Source: Bispira polyomma (lineage: Eukaryota). From it: a stretch of 64,000 bases of DNA. A model generated the notes under the pieces. It made no database searches. It worked only from the letters and a program-made list of their open reading frames with translations, and was not told where the DNA came from. Position numbers and translations under genes: made by a program. Within the stretch, counting starts at the first letter, position 1; each line of letters opens with the position of its first letter. Shown piece by piece: positions 36,790-49,879 of the stretch. The stretch is from assembly GCA_965649765.1 (NCBI GenBank), contig OZ287754.1, positions 682,001 through 746,000 of the forward strand. Reading direction: 5' to 3'.

Positions 36790-38910
36790 ATGCAAGACAA
36801 AAACTATGCATCACAACTGCTCCAAATTAAATTGGAAGCACCAACTGCCTCACCAGGCATGCTTCCAAAAGGTCATAAAATGGAAAGCCTCTTGGGCCCC
36901 ACTGTCATTAACCTATCCAACACTTGTCTCACTGACCATCAAATCAGTGCACTTGAAAAAGGTCTCACATTTTGCCCCACCCCTGGACCATGTAACAAGT
37001 CACAAATCTGGTATGACTTTATGGACTTTTACAGAAGGCTATGCCTCAGATTCCATTTCCATTCTGACAACCAAATGTTCAGTCACCTAAGTGAACATGA
37101 CCTTGAATTAGTACAATTCCTTGCCTCCAACCTGAAGGCAAATGAAAACCCTTTCAATGAAATTCATAAACGTTTCAGAGAAAAAAGCACCTGGAAACCC
37201 TCTAATGTGCATACGTCATTAGAGATTTTTCAGAGAGCATTTAAAATGAACTTACTTAAAAGTAAGGTAAAAACTCCTAGAACCAAAAACTTGACCAAAG
37301 AACAATTCCTTGGGCTTAAAGAACTCACCAATAATGCTGATGTCGTCATCAAAAAGGCTGACAAAGGATCAGCAGTGGTAGTGCTAAACAGCACTGATTA
37401 CTTAAGGAAAGGATACAGGCAACTGTCAGACACCAACTTTTATGTCAATAACCAAACTGACATAACAGATAAAATCTCTGATCAAGTTACTGAAACCTTG
37501 ACCAAACTAAGGAACTCAAAGTTGATCACAGAGGACAACTTCGAATACTTGACACCAAAAAACTGTACTGAAGGTAGATTCTACCTCTTGCCAAAAATTC
37601 ACAAGAAGAATATACCTGGCAGACCTATATGTAGTTCTGTAAACCACCCTACTTGCAGAATCAGCAAATTTGTGGATGAGCATATTAAGAAATATGTCCC
37701 CCTTACCAAGTCTTATATCAGAGACACCCAAGACTTCATTCACAAAATAAAGGACTTAGGCCCAATTCCTGAAGGATCACTTCTAGTCACACTTGATGTG
37801 TCCTCTCTCTACACCAATATACCAAATAATGAGGGTATTAATGCTGTAGCAGACCAATTAAGGAAGGACCCCACCAAGTCCCCAATAGCCAAATACATCT
37901 TGGATCTCTTGAAATTAGTACTCCATAGTATGAACTTTGATGGAGACCACTTTAATGGAGACCACTTCCTCCAAATAGGAGGCACAGCAATGCGTACTGC
38001 CTTGGCCCCAAATGATGCCAATATTTTTATGGACAGGTTCGAAACCAAAGCCATAAAAAATTACCTCCTTAAACCATTTGTGTGGAAGAGATTTATTGAT
38101 GACATATTCATGATCTGGACACATGGAGAAAATTCACTCATACAATTTTTTGAGTATCTAAACTCCATCCACCCAACCATTAAATTCACTCATGAATACA
38201 ATTACAACACCATTAATTTCTTGGACACAACTGTTAAATTAGGTCCAAACAGGGACCTAATCACAACACTATTCACCAAACCTACAGATACCCATCTGTA
38301 CCTCCATCACACCTCAGCCCACCCAAAGGTCACCCTATCAAAAGGACCTTATGGACAATACCTTCGTCTCAGAAGGATCTGTACCGTAGACGTTGACTTT
38401 GAGCAAAATGCCCAAAATCTCACTAAGTTCTATTTGGCTAGAGGCTACTCCAAAAAGAACCTCACCAAACATTTTAAAAGGGCATCTCAATTCGCCCAAG
38501 ATCAATTCCTACAAAAAACCACCAAACCAGTGACAGACAACCCTGTCATGGTAACTCAGTACAACCCAAATAACCCCAACATCAGGGAAATAATCAACAA
38601 AAACTGGAATATCATCCAGAATACTGATGGCCTTGCCAATATCTTCACTAAACCTCCCATAATAGGTTACAGGAGATTACCAAACCTCAGGGACCAATTA
38701 TCAAGTTCTAAGATTCGCTACCCCACAGTAAATAGTACAACTATTCAAACTATACCCAAAGTTTGTACAAGACTTGGAAAATGTACTTATTGTCCACTCA
38801 TAAAAAAGTGGATTATGTCATCAGCCACCACACTAATAAGCAGTTTAAATGCATATCTGTTCCACCTAATCCCAGACTTACTTGTGAACTCAAGAATGTC
38901 ATTTATGTAA
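36790..38910 (+). pseudogene. Penelope-like reverse transcriptase ORF
   Basis: PLE motifs LEKGLTFCPTP, KKADKGSAVVV, FYLLPKIHK, LVTLDVSSLYTNIP, WKRFIDDIF, INFLD and linker CTRLGKCTYC. Motif B appears damaged (GTAMRT instead of GTAMG). Confidence 0.9.
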
Positions 38911-39203
38911 TCACATGCAAAAAATGTGGATTACTGTACATAGGGGAGACTAAAAGACCCCTTAGAAACAGAATGTATGAACATAGAGCAAGTGTCACTA
39001 AACCAGGTCAGAATAAACTGACCCCAGTGTCCAGACATTACAGTACTGACCAACATACTGTCAGAGACATGGAGTTTAGTGTACTGCAATGGCTAGGCCA
39101 CACAGAAGACCCAAACAGTACACATTATCGCAAACGACAGGAAATGTACTATATTTGGGCCTTCGCTACTATTGCACCAACAGGCATTAACCTACATGTT
39201 TAG
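38802..39203 (+). pseudogene. GIY-YIG endonuclease of the Penelope-like element, in the -1 frame relative to RT
   Basis: NVIYVITCKKCGLLYIGETKRPLRNRMYEH ... VSRHY ... E ... PTGIN. Confidence 0.9.
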
Positions 39204-39269
39204 ATTACAGCCCTCTACTGTATTAGTTGATACCCCTAATACCCCCTACATATTAAGATAATAGTCCCC

Positions 39270-39475
39270 CTTAAAACTTAGATCACTAGAAACACTTTCT
39301 GGTTTAGAAAAACACCTTCAAACTATCTCTCCAAATGCACTTATCCTAGTTTCCTCACTGTACCCCATACCCTTCCTTGCCACCATGGCTATTTTTAGGG
39401 GACTTTTATATTGCTAGATTGATTATGTTGTTTAAAAGAGGTACCACATCAATAAGGCGCATTAAAAATGATTTC
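39270..39475 (+). mobile_element. L2 3' fragment, right part
   Basis: TTAGATCACTAGAAACACTTTCTGG...AATAAGGCGCATTAAAAATG, as in the 1760 and 24260 copies. Confidence 0.65.
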
Positions 39476-41122
39476 ACAGCAGACAACCAGTAAATTGTTG
39501 CAAGGAATATTCAGAACATAGTGAAACAAAGCTGTAGGCACGGTTTAACATTTAGCAATTGTCTTTTGAGAAAAAACTTTTGGAGATATAAATTCATAGT
39601 TAAAATTTCGAAGAGCCTTTGGGTGAAGTTGTATTACAATACATGAACATTAGTACTTGAAGAAATATGTTTAGATAATTAGTGCAGTTCTCGTAATTTT
39701 GTTGTGTATATCATTATGTGGTGAGACAGTATTGCCTTTAAAAAATTGTGTCTGGGTTGCACTTAACCTGGTAACAATGTTGTTTATGCATTGCATAGTT
39801 TGTATAAATACATATTTCATAAATAGGTATACCAGGCTACATCCTTCCTTAGGACTTGGCTATAATTTACAGACTATCCTTTGATTTTCAATTTTGATGT
39901 TATACTTTAGAAGATGTCTGGCATCAATAATGTGTGGATCTGTGCACTTGGAATTATTTCTATTCATTTGATGACAAAATAAATGAGGCATTAAAGTGCC
40001 TTCTCCCTAATCTAGGCTAACTGCCCATTCGATACCCATGACTAGCGATATATGTACCTATATGTGTACCTATGGGCACATACAGGTACCTCTATGTACA
40101 TGTATCACTGCTCCAATATAAAGGCAGCAAGTGAAGTAGCCAGTCAGGTTTAAAATAAGAAAGCACAAGAGAGGTTTGTCAAAAAGCGTGACCAGTTTGA
40201 CTTTTACTAGACGGTTTATTACTCAGACCATTCCATGCGACAAAAAAGTTTATGTCCAAGCCTTAAATGTGTGTGAAAACACAACAGAAACACGTATACA
40301 AGCACTTAGAGAAACTTTATATGGTTAAAAAAGTTAAAAAGAGAGAACCGTATTTAAACTGCCAAAATTTCATTCAGTTTACTACACAAAAGTATTTGAC
40401 AACCAAAAAAAACTCAGTCTTTTGTTCAATTGAAAGATATAGAAATGAATTAATTTCTGATATAACTGGCACTTTTATCATATATATCAATAAATTGTGC
40501 TTTGGTGAAAGAGGAAGGCACAATGAAAAGCCCCCTATACCATTACATCTTCTATACTGTCACATTCTCTACACAATCATATGCTCTACACAATCAAATG
40601 CTCTACACAATAGCCCACTGAACATTGAGAGTGACTTTTGGGTGTTGTATAAAGGGAACTTGTGTATTCAGAGATACTCCCCCAAAACCGTTGTCTGCTG
40701 ACTGCCCTGATATCACTCAGACAGTTTATAAGATACTCCCACATTCTCACAAAGATTACCATAGTCACATATATTACAGGATTGAAACCTACACATTGGT
40801 GATCTTGGCGTCCTGACCGATGTCAGCCAAATTTATTGGTCACTATTTGATGTTAGAAACTGCTTCCTTTCAGCAAATTTGCATCAGATCCGATCAGATG
40901 TCGCAATGCGTCTATTACACCAATAGAATTTATCGGTCAGAGAGGGAAAAATTGAGAGTTTGGGAAAAAAAAATTTTGTCACACCATTTCAGATACTACA
41001 TATCGGATGAAAGGAAGCGCTACATTGGCTGATGTCGGCTAGGCTCAGGTTTCAATAAATCGGCCGACGTTGGGATCGGCTGAAAGGAAGCCTAAGCTAA
41101 GAGGTTTGAACGAGAATTCTAA

Positions 41123-41328
41123 ACTTGTATAAATGAATCTACATGTTCCCTACATAATCAGTTTTAGGACGTCAGTGTATGACATATTCCACTTGTATAA
41201 ATGAATCTACATGTTCGATACATAATCAGTATTAGGACGTCGGTGTATGACATATTCCACTTGTATAAATGAATCTACATGTTCCCTACATAATCTGTAT
41301 TAGGACGTCAGTGTATGACATATTCCAA
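41123..41328. repeat. Tandem repeat, about 68 bp x 3
   Basis: ACTTGTATAAATGAATCTACATGTTC...GGACGTCAGTGTATGACATATTCC. Confidence 0.95.
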
Positions 41329-42340
41329 AAGTAATAAGTTTGGTTTGTGATAATATATTTCACAGAATTCTCTGGATACTCTTATAAAAACAATGGCCAG
41401 GTGTTTGGTAAATACTTGGCACACAGTTCTAAGGATTCAATTACTGATGGTAGTATTTACAAACACTTCTGAAGTGTACCGGACTGGATGCCTTGTTTAA
41501 ATCTCGCCTGCACGCCAGAATGATACAATTCTCCAGGGTGAAATGTGCCGAATCCAATCAAATACCCCTTCATTACGTCATTACCGTAATTTCCCTCATT
41601 ATAATAACCTGATATTAACCAGTAGATGGCGCGTGCTAACACCTTGGCTCTGCAAGTAATTGGGGTGGTGACTAAAGCACAAGTCACTTAGTCAAGGGGT
41701 CGACCCGGCCAACTGACTATTGAACTGTGATTACAAATGATAGTGGTTTGATCAAAATCAGGGCTTCACACGAAACAGTGAATCTGAAGGGCGAGTTAAA
41801 TACACTGAGTCTGAATAACGTAAAATCAGAGCTGACCGATGCGAGTTAAATGTGTAGAGTTGGAGTTTCAACAACTAAATATTGATATTCTATTTTAGTG
41901 GCAAATTATTACTGAAAATTAATTTAAGCTATTTTACATCATAAGTGGGGATAGTAAACATTTATTCCTAGTATAAATGTTAACTTGATGTATTGATGTT
42001 TTGAATAAGATGCAGTCAATAGTTTTTTTCCATCTAAAATGTTCAGTTATATTAAAGTTTTAGACCGTAAACAGTTAATAACTAGTTTTATAGTTGCAGT
42101 CAATAAGTATGTTGAACGGTCTGTGAGATAGGTAAAACTAGCTGAGCCAATATTGTATTTTGAATTTTGAATACACCATATTGATGTGATGCATCTTCTG
42201 AAGCCCAACAACCATATCAATTATACAATTGCGAGGTCCAATATATATCTTCATCGACATGGAATTTGACATTTTTCTAGTGTATTGATTATGGAACTAA
42301 GTGTTGTAGTATCAAATGAGAAGAAATAAAGAATCAACAC

Positions 42341-42553
42341 CAGGGGCTTATTCACAAAGATTTGTATTCAGAAAAGACTCGAATGAGGCTAAATTCTAAG
42401 AATGGTACAAAAATTAGATACTTTGTGGGTAGTAAATACTTTAAAAAAATCTAAGAATAAAAAACAAAACTTAAAAAATTTAAAAAAAATCTAAAAGAAT
42501 TCCAAGAACAAGAGTAATTCTGAGAATAAGATTCTCTGCGTGTAAGGCCCCAG
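42341..42553. mobile_element. MITE of the same TIR class
   Basis: CAGGGGCTTATTCACAAAGA ... TCTGCGTGTAAGGCCCCAG; a related left end lies at 51648. Confidence 0.6.
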
Positions 42554-42679
42554 ATCCTTATGGGATTCCAACGTGAAGCAGTCTGGGACCTAATCCAAAC
42601 CCACATGGGCAAGTCAATTAGATAGGATGTGGACCATTTGAGTATAGTACTAGTACTTCCAAACCATGATTCAAGTCTT

Positions 42680-43640
42680 CATAATAAAATTCAATAGTCA
42701 ATCAATAGTATCGAAGGCTGCTGATAGATCCAACACGGTGAGTGCATACACTGACTTTTTAACCATTTGGTTAATCCGTTGATACTTATTGGTCAGTCAA
42801 GAGTTGTCTAAATTATGTTGGTTCAGTTTAGTGATTACAAACTCTCAATAATTTTGAAAAGGAAATTAAGGTTAGCCATAGGCCTGTAATTCCAAGTTCT
42901 TTCTTTTCAAGGATAGTTTTTCTGTAAAAAATGAGGAGTTGAGTGAATTGGCATGGGGATGACATCAAGGGTAGACTCAGGCCAAGGATAGGTTTCTTTT
43001 TAAAGAAAGATAGCATAGCTAATTGACAGTAATGTTATATACAGACTTATCATTTTTAAGTTCTTCCTTGTCAAGGATGGATTTGTTTTTAAACGGGTGA
43101 GTAACATGGCCAATGACATTACGGTTAGCTATAGGCCTGTAATTTTTAAGTTCTTCCTTGACATGGACAGATTTTTTAAAAACAGGACCAAAATGGGCAA
43201 TGACATCAACGTTAGACATAGGCCTATCATTTTTTAATTCTTCCTGGTTAAGAATAGATGTTTTTAAAAAAGAGTATCATTAGCCATGCCATTAAGGTTA
43301 GAGATAGGCCTATAATTGTTAAGTATTTATTGGTCCAGTGTAGCTTTTTTAAGCAAAGGGTTAACATATATGGGAACATTTAAAGATAGTGAGAACTTAA
43401 CACTGGATTGTGATGAGTTAATAAGAGTCACGATGGTTTGGATGAGAGTGTCCAGATAATGAATTAGGAAAGTTGACCATGGGTGTGGTTCACCGTTTTT
43501 TCTGTGTGAATTTTTGATAGTTTCTCGACTCAGACAAAGGTAGCAGGTAGATATTTAGTATCTGTTGTGTTGTCAGGAACAGGTTTGGCTTAGATTTAGA
43601 CAAGTATTTTAATTTTGCTGGCTGAACAACATAGGTAATA
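42680..43640 (-). mobile_element. L2/CR1 RT fragment with internal tandem amplification
   Basis: LDLSAAFDTID motif and repeated PLLKK..LD...NYRPISNL. Confidence 0.7.
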
Positions 43641-43779
43641 GTTGTATTATATGCATTTTGGTATCTAAAATAGATCAATTAAAAGGAATTGTTATACAAT
43701 AGTGCTCCAACATTTTCACCTGAGCACTCTCACCGATGTTACACTATAACTCAAAAAACTACACTAGCTTCTGGTTCAC

Positions 43780-44180
43780 TATAAAATTCACATCACCATA
43801 TTCAAGGCTGCAGTCACTCAACAGTTCTCTTACATCGATTCCCTTCTCTCTTTCAGTAACCTGAAGAGAAGCAATAGACTTTCTGTTTCTTCTGTAAAAC
43901 CCACCAGGATGGCTGGATCCAGGGCTTTCTCCGTTGCAGCTCACTTGTTTTGGAACAGTCTCTCAGTTGACCTCAGATCATTATATACAGTTATTGGTTT
44001 GAGGAGAAAAACTCCAAACCTATCTTTTTCACCTTGCTTACCCACCCTAGTTCCCTCCTGTACAGCCTTTCTTCTTACAACTTTGCTATGTCCATGGACT
44101 GCACAATTGGCTCAATGATTCTGTTGCTGCACTTTAGAAGATGCCTAGAATCAACAAAGCACAATAAAAATGCATAATAA
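43780..44180 (+). mobile_element. L2 3' end
   Basis: GSRAFSVAA.LFWNSL.VDLRS and the shared 3' UTR. Confidence 0.7.
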
Positions 44181-44511
44181 TGTTTGTTTTTATTAGGGTT
44201 TTGAATTAAAATTGGAGTTTAGCAGTCAAATATATATTTAACAGTGTGGAGTGTTGATGTTGTTATCTGTGTCTCCCGCTTTATCCAGAAAGAGAGATGG
44301 ATAGACGGTCGGAGAAAGTTTCATTGACTCTCCAATCGTTGGCTAGGTTTGCTTTATTTGGATGTATGTTTTATACATTATTATTGATGATACATAAGTA
44401 TACGCTTGAACCTGTACAGAATACATTTATAACTTGTATGTATATATTTTCTTAAGACCTTTACTTTCAGTTCATTGCCAAATTCAATACACAAGCTTGT
44501 TAGCTGTCTAT

Positions 44512-44710
44512 TTAACAGGAAGGTATCAGTCAGAATCTAGTGACACAATAGGCACAATAGGCGGCCCTATTACTCCTGTTAACAGGAAGGTATCAGTCAG
44601 AATCTAGTGACACAATAGGCACAATAGGCGGCCCTATTACTCCTGTTAACAGGAAGGTATCAGTCAGAATCTAGTGACACAATAGTCACAATAGGCAGCC
44701 CTATTACTAC
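44512..44710. repeat. Tandem repeat, 67 bp x 3
   Basis: TTAACAGGAAGGTATCAGTCAGAATCTAGTGACACAATAGGCACAATAGGCGGCCCTATTACTCCTG. Confidence 0.95.
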
Positions 44711-45414
44711 TCACAATCAGTTTTAGAAAAAGTTTTGTAATCATATTTTTGGCGGTTATAAGAGAAACTTTTTGAACCTAACAAATACGATCTGCAAAGT
44801 TGTATTGTGATTTAATGTGTTCTTTAACTATGAAGTTATTCTATACAACCATATACACACTGCTAGTTACTAGAACATATTAAAGGCACTTTCTGTGCAA
44901 AGTATGTCACACTTTCTGCGAGCTCCCCATTAACATAAATGTATGGCATTGTTTAGTATTCCAAAACCACAGAGAGTTGAATGATAGTAGCACACAAGTC
45001 ATAATATTTTATAACTTACACAAGTTCTTGATATACTAGAGATCATGGTCAAGTTAAAAGACAATGACTTTTGCTCTGATAATCAGTCACCCTAGGGGAT
45101 TGTATGGGTAGCAGTAGGTTGAGTCGGTAGACAGAGTAAAGGTGTCTGGTCTGACTGAAATTGATGTGGACATCAAACTCTTTGACTTTCGTTGAAAAAA
45201 AGATAGAAGTGAAAAAAGTGACTCGAGCCAGTATAAAGGGGGACATGAATGGCTCCTAATTTGGAGGCAATTGATAAGGAAGGGCTGGGGTGAAAGGGGG
45301 GGTGTAGAGGTGAATGGAAGGCAGGCCTGTACAGGGGGACAAGTGAGGGGAAGGTGGCGTGGGAATCTAACCCCGGGGTGACAAGTCCCTCATCAGTTCG
45401 TGTGACACTTGTGT

Positions 45415-45795
45415 AAAAGGGGAAAAATGTGATAGTGTTGTAAAGGACAGGAAATTCAAGTTCTAGTCAGCCTAACACACAGCCTTACAGTTACACATAC
45501 TGACAGCATAACATGTACGCTAATAGTGACTCTGGCTTAGATAAGACAAGGGGGAGAAGTGTGATTGTTGTAAAGATAGGAAATTCAGGTTCTAGTGAAC
45601 CTAACACCTAACCTCACACAGACAGATAGTTTAACGGTGACTCTGACTTAGACAAGTTAAAGGGAACAAATGTGATAGTATTGTAAGGATAGGAAATTCA
45701 AGTTATAGTCAACCTAACACCTAGACTTACAGTTACACATAAAGTCACCATATCAGATACCCTACCAGTGATTCTGACTTAGATAAAGTAAGTGA
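45415..45795. repeat. Degenerate tandem repeat, about 110-130 bp x 3
   Basis: TGTGATAGT.TTGTAA.GA.AGGAAATTCAAGTT.TAGT.A.CCTAACAC at about 45428, 45560 and 45670. Confidence 0.75.
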
Positions 45796-46389
45796 CATGT
45801 GCTAGTTAAACTTATAGTCTGCCATACAGCTGGCCAGACATACAGACAGCCTGAGAGACAGCCATACAGCTATCCACACACACATTGTCGTAGAAAAGGC
45901 AAGGGGGTGCTTGTTAAAGTTTTGGTTAGCCATACACACACCCTAACAGATAGCAACACAGCTACCCCTGCTAGGGTAAGGGGAAAAAACTGTGATTGCT
46001 GTTGATATGCAGGTTTATAGCTAGGCATAACACCCTAACAGATAGCCATATGACTGGACATACAGGCACCCTAATATCCAGTAATACAGCTTCAAATACA
46101 CGAGGACAGCAAAACGTGTGCTACACCTATACAGTCATCCTGACAGATGTGCTTACAACTAACGTCACATGTACCTATTTAACAACCTTAAAGGCAAATC
46201 ATATCCGGCTGTTAATTGCATTCTATTTTACCACTGTTTTATTAACTTTTAGTCGATCTAATATTGTGCACATTGTTGACAGAACACCACTGTGGATGTT
46301 ACTGACCCCCATGGTAATACAGGAAATAAATAATCTCATTGAACAAGAGTCTCGATATCAAGCAAATTACTGCCACCATTGTAATTGTA

Positions 46390-47060
46390 ATTAGACTTTT
46401 ACTGCGCTTAATCTCCCCTTAACAAAGGGGACTCTAAGGCGCACCAGCACAAAAGACAGTTATCCAATTTCCAAAATCAAGGGACAGAAAAAGAGTCAGC
46501 ACCATAGAGCGTGCCGGGGATGATTGAGACTAAGGTGGATATGCTTTAGTGTACATGTGGGTTTTAAGCTGCTTTCTAAAACAGGCTAGTTAGGGGAAAG
46601 CACGAATCACATCACGAAGAGCATTCCAAGCAATGGGAGCATCAAAAGCAAAGCTGTGACCAAAATGTTTAACCGACTTTTGAGTAGATGGGTGGAACTT
46701 CGGAACAACAAGGAAATTACTACCACTCTGACTACGTCTGGTATTGTAGGAACTACTGTAAGTGAAAAGATATGGGGCAAAATACGTTGGAAACCCAGTG
46801 TGGAGAAACTTATAAACAAGTGTAGCTGTCTTAAACACTGTTCAACAGGGAGCCAATACAATTTCTTAAGAACAGGAGTTATACTGGTGTATCGACTGGT
46901 GTTTGACACAATTCACTATTTTGATTGCATTGTAATTTACGTAAATTAAATTTTGAGAGACTTCTGAAAAGCGAATTGCAGTAATCCAGTCTACTACTGA
47001 CAAAAGCATTGGCCACAAGTATAGAAGCATCATAAGTGCCGAGTCCAAAACATCCCATGT
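46390..47060 (-). mobile_element. L2/CR1 3' fragment
   Basis: SRLDYCNSLF, ITPVLKKLYWLPV and FAFDAPIAWNAL motifs. Confidence 0.8.
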
Positions 47061-47104
47061 TAATACTGCTGTAAACCAATATTACATTCTGTAGATGCTC
47101 CTGT

Positions 47105-47530
47105 TTGTTAATGTCAGTGGACTGAATCTTAAAATGGCAACACACTAATTGGATAACTAGATGATTTGGACTTTGCTGACGACCTGACACTCTTATCCCA
47201 CACTAAGGCATACATGCAACAGAATACCCTTGAAGCCAGTAGAACAATTACAAAAAGGTAGGACTTCGTATTTAGTATTAATAACATTCAACCAGAGGGG
47301 ACAAAACCGTGAGACAGTTAAGTTATCAAAGGTGGAAGAGTGTGAGATGAGGATGTGAACAAAATTAGGAAGGCCAGACAAGCAAATACTGTACACTTGA
47401 TAAAGGTCTGGAGGTCCAAGGATTTCAAAATGGCTACAAATGTAGGAATATTGAAATAGTGAAGCCGTTGCAACTGTACAAGTCAGAAAAGTGGAGGATT
47501 ACAACATAAACTATTAGTAAAACATTTACA
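47105..47530 (+). mobile_element. Degenerate RTE-clade RT fragment
   Basis: LDDLDFADDLTLLSHT at about 47158-47205. Confidence 0.65.
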
Positions 47531-47884
47531 AGTCAATATTTGCTTCATGACAGTATGATCCAGTTTTAAAAGTTACCAGTAGTTTGCCTACCAGGATCGA
47601 CCAGACCCCAAGAAAAAAGAGAGCCAAGTTCGGCTGTTTCCGGCAAAGTCTGGTCCACTTCGGGACACTGGCATTACATTACCCTGCACAGAAGTTCCTT
47701 ACAAGATATACGTTGGGAAATTTCAGCCTTTTTTATATCAGTTACATATAAAGGCTCAGTAGCACCCAATGTGATAACCCTATGTTTTATTCTATCACTG
47801 GTAGATACATATATATACATCTATAAGTATAGGGTAAGTAGCACCCAATGTCCCTACCACCACAATACAAAGGCTTCACACACA

Positions 47885-48065
47885 TACACACTCCATATTG
47901 TAACACTCCAGGTATCTCCACCCAAAGAACCACCATCAATTAATACAACAATCCAATTTTCAGCTAGGTGGAATTTGTCACAGCAAGTCACTCCAGCGAT
48001 GATTAAAAAGGCAATCAGGGAAGACAGCGTGTAATTATACTGAGTGGAGACTTGAATGCAAAACC
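47885..48065 (+). mobile_element. AP-endonuclease fragment of an RTE-like LINE abutting the gap
   Basis: IILSGDLNAK at 48033-48062. Confidence 0.5.
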
Positions 48066-48278
48066 NNNNNNNNNNNNNNNNNNNNNNNNNNNNNNNNNNN
48101 NNNNNNNNNNNNNNNNNNNNNNNNNNNNNNNNNNNNNNNNNNNNNNNNNNNNNNNNNNNNNNNNNNNNNNNNNNNNNNNNNNNNNNNNNNNNNNNNNNNN
48201 NNNNNNNNNNNNNNNNNNNNNNNNNNNNNNNNNNNNNNNNNNNNNNNNNNNNNNNNNNNNNNNNNNNNNNNNNNNNNN
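48066..48278. other. Assembly gap (213 N)
   Basis: Run of N. Confidence 1.
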
Positions 48279-49879
48279 TTGACATTAAATCAAACTCCAC
48301 TGTGTCATAAAAAGGGGGTTTCTGTCTCTACTAGTGTATGTACATATATATCTATCATACGTAGGGTGAACATATCTCTTTAAAAGGCACCACTGGAGTA
48401 AGAAAGTGTTTTTAAGAGTTGTCTGCCTAAGCTTTCTGAAAGTCCATGCTGAAGTACAAACCATTCCTCCCTACATATTTACCTCCTTCCAGACACAATC
48501 ATCCTGATTTCTATTAATTTTAGCCCCACCCCAACTCCGCCACTCCCCCCTCAAACTGGACACAAAGGGCCCCTTGTCTTCAGGCCTATCATTTTCATAA
48601 CTACAGGTTATTAACAAATTCTTTCATCGTGACAAATTCTCCTCAACGTGACAAAGCTAAATCTGCACATAAAAGACTTGTCACAAATTTGTCATCAAGC
48701 TCTTTCATGCAATCAAAACACACACCTTTTTCCTAGATTGAGACAAAGCATTCGACAGCAAAGAACGTTGTTGTACCTGTGGCAGGTTCAATCGTAAAAA
48801 TAGGCATCATTTAAAAGTCAAGGCTGAATATTAATCTTGGAACCCAACTTCCGATTTGGCCAATCTTAAGATGAGCTATAACTGAAGATCCCAAGTTTGG
48901 TAACTCTATCTTACGAGGATAGCCCATCTTAAGATTGGCTAGAAAAACTAGCAAGCCATGGTTTGCCAGTTTCTGATGATACAGTACCATTGTGGTGTTA
49001 CTGCAGGTGTTATACGGGGACTGATATGAAATCTTTTTATATTCCTTTGTATTATGTTCCTGTTTATAAAATCTCAAGTTGGTCTAGTTTTCAATTATAA
49101 TTCAATCTCAAGTTTGACTAAGTTGTCCTGGTCAATCTTAAGATAAGTCAAGTAAGATTTGACAAATCAGAAGGTGGGCTTCAACATTATTATTCATATA
49201 CTACTTTACTAAATAAAATATTCCAAACCAAAATCTGCAAAATTGTGTGCCATGCTGGTCTGCGTTCACACATAATTGCATAACTTCAAAAACTACACTG
49301 GCTACCAATTGAGTTCCCTATAAAATGCAAAGTTAATGTCCTCATTTTTAAAATCTGTCCATGTCCAGCAGCCAGCCTACATATTATCTATGTTATCTCT
49401 CAGTAATCTCACCAGAGGGAATCGTCTCTCCACTATTGACTTGTTACACACAAAATCTGGCAGGTTCAAAATCATTTCAAGTTGCAGCACCTTCTGAGTG
49501 GAATAGTATCCCTGTCATATGGACATAAAGATAACAGGCTTCTAAAAAGCCTCAAAACACATCCGTATCAACTCGCTTTTCTGCCTAACCATTGTCTGCT
49601 GGTTATGACTGAACTCTGATCACCAACCATCTCTCCTACCAGACTATTTCTTCACATACGGACTGCGATGTGCGCCACAAAGGATGTATGGTCCTTGATT
49701 GTAATGCTATAGAAGGAATAACATTAGCATCACTACTAAACAACCCTCCAGGTGTATAAATGCGTAGAGTATGACTTTTGTAACATAGCATAGTCTTCCC
49801 CTGTCAATATTTCACAAATTGAGAAGAGAGTGATAGCTTAACATGGCAGAATGAGATGGGCTGATGTACACAGATTAGG

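Larger units (their letters stand above)
35925..39270 (+). mobile_element. Penelope-like retroelement (Neptune-like), near full length and decaying, with an inverted terminal segment at the left end
   Basis: RT and GIY-YIG ORFs. It interrupts an L2 3' fragment (35790-35925, resuming at about 39270), and an antisense hammerhead lies at the left end. Confidence 0.88.

Noticed and set aside
47854-48310. ORFs spanning X runs
   Set aside because: Artefacts of the N gap.
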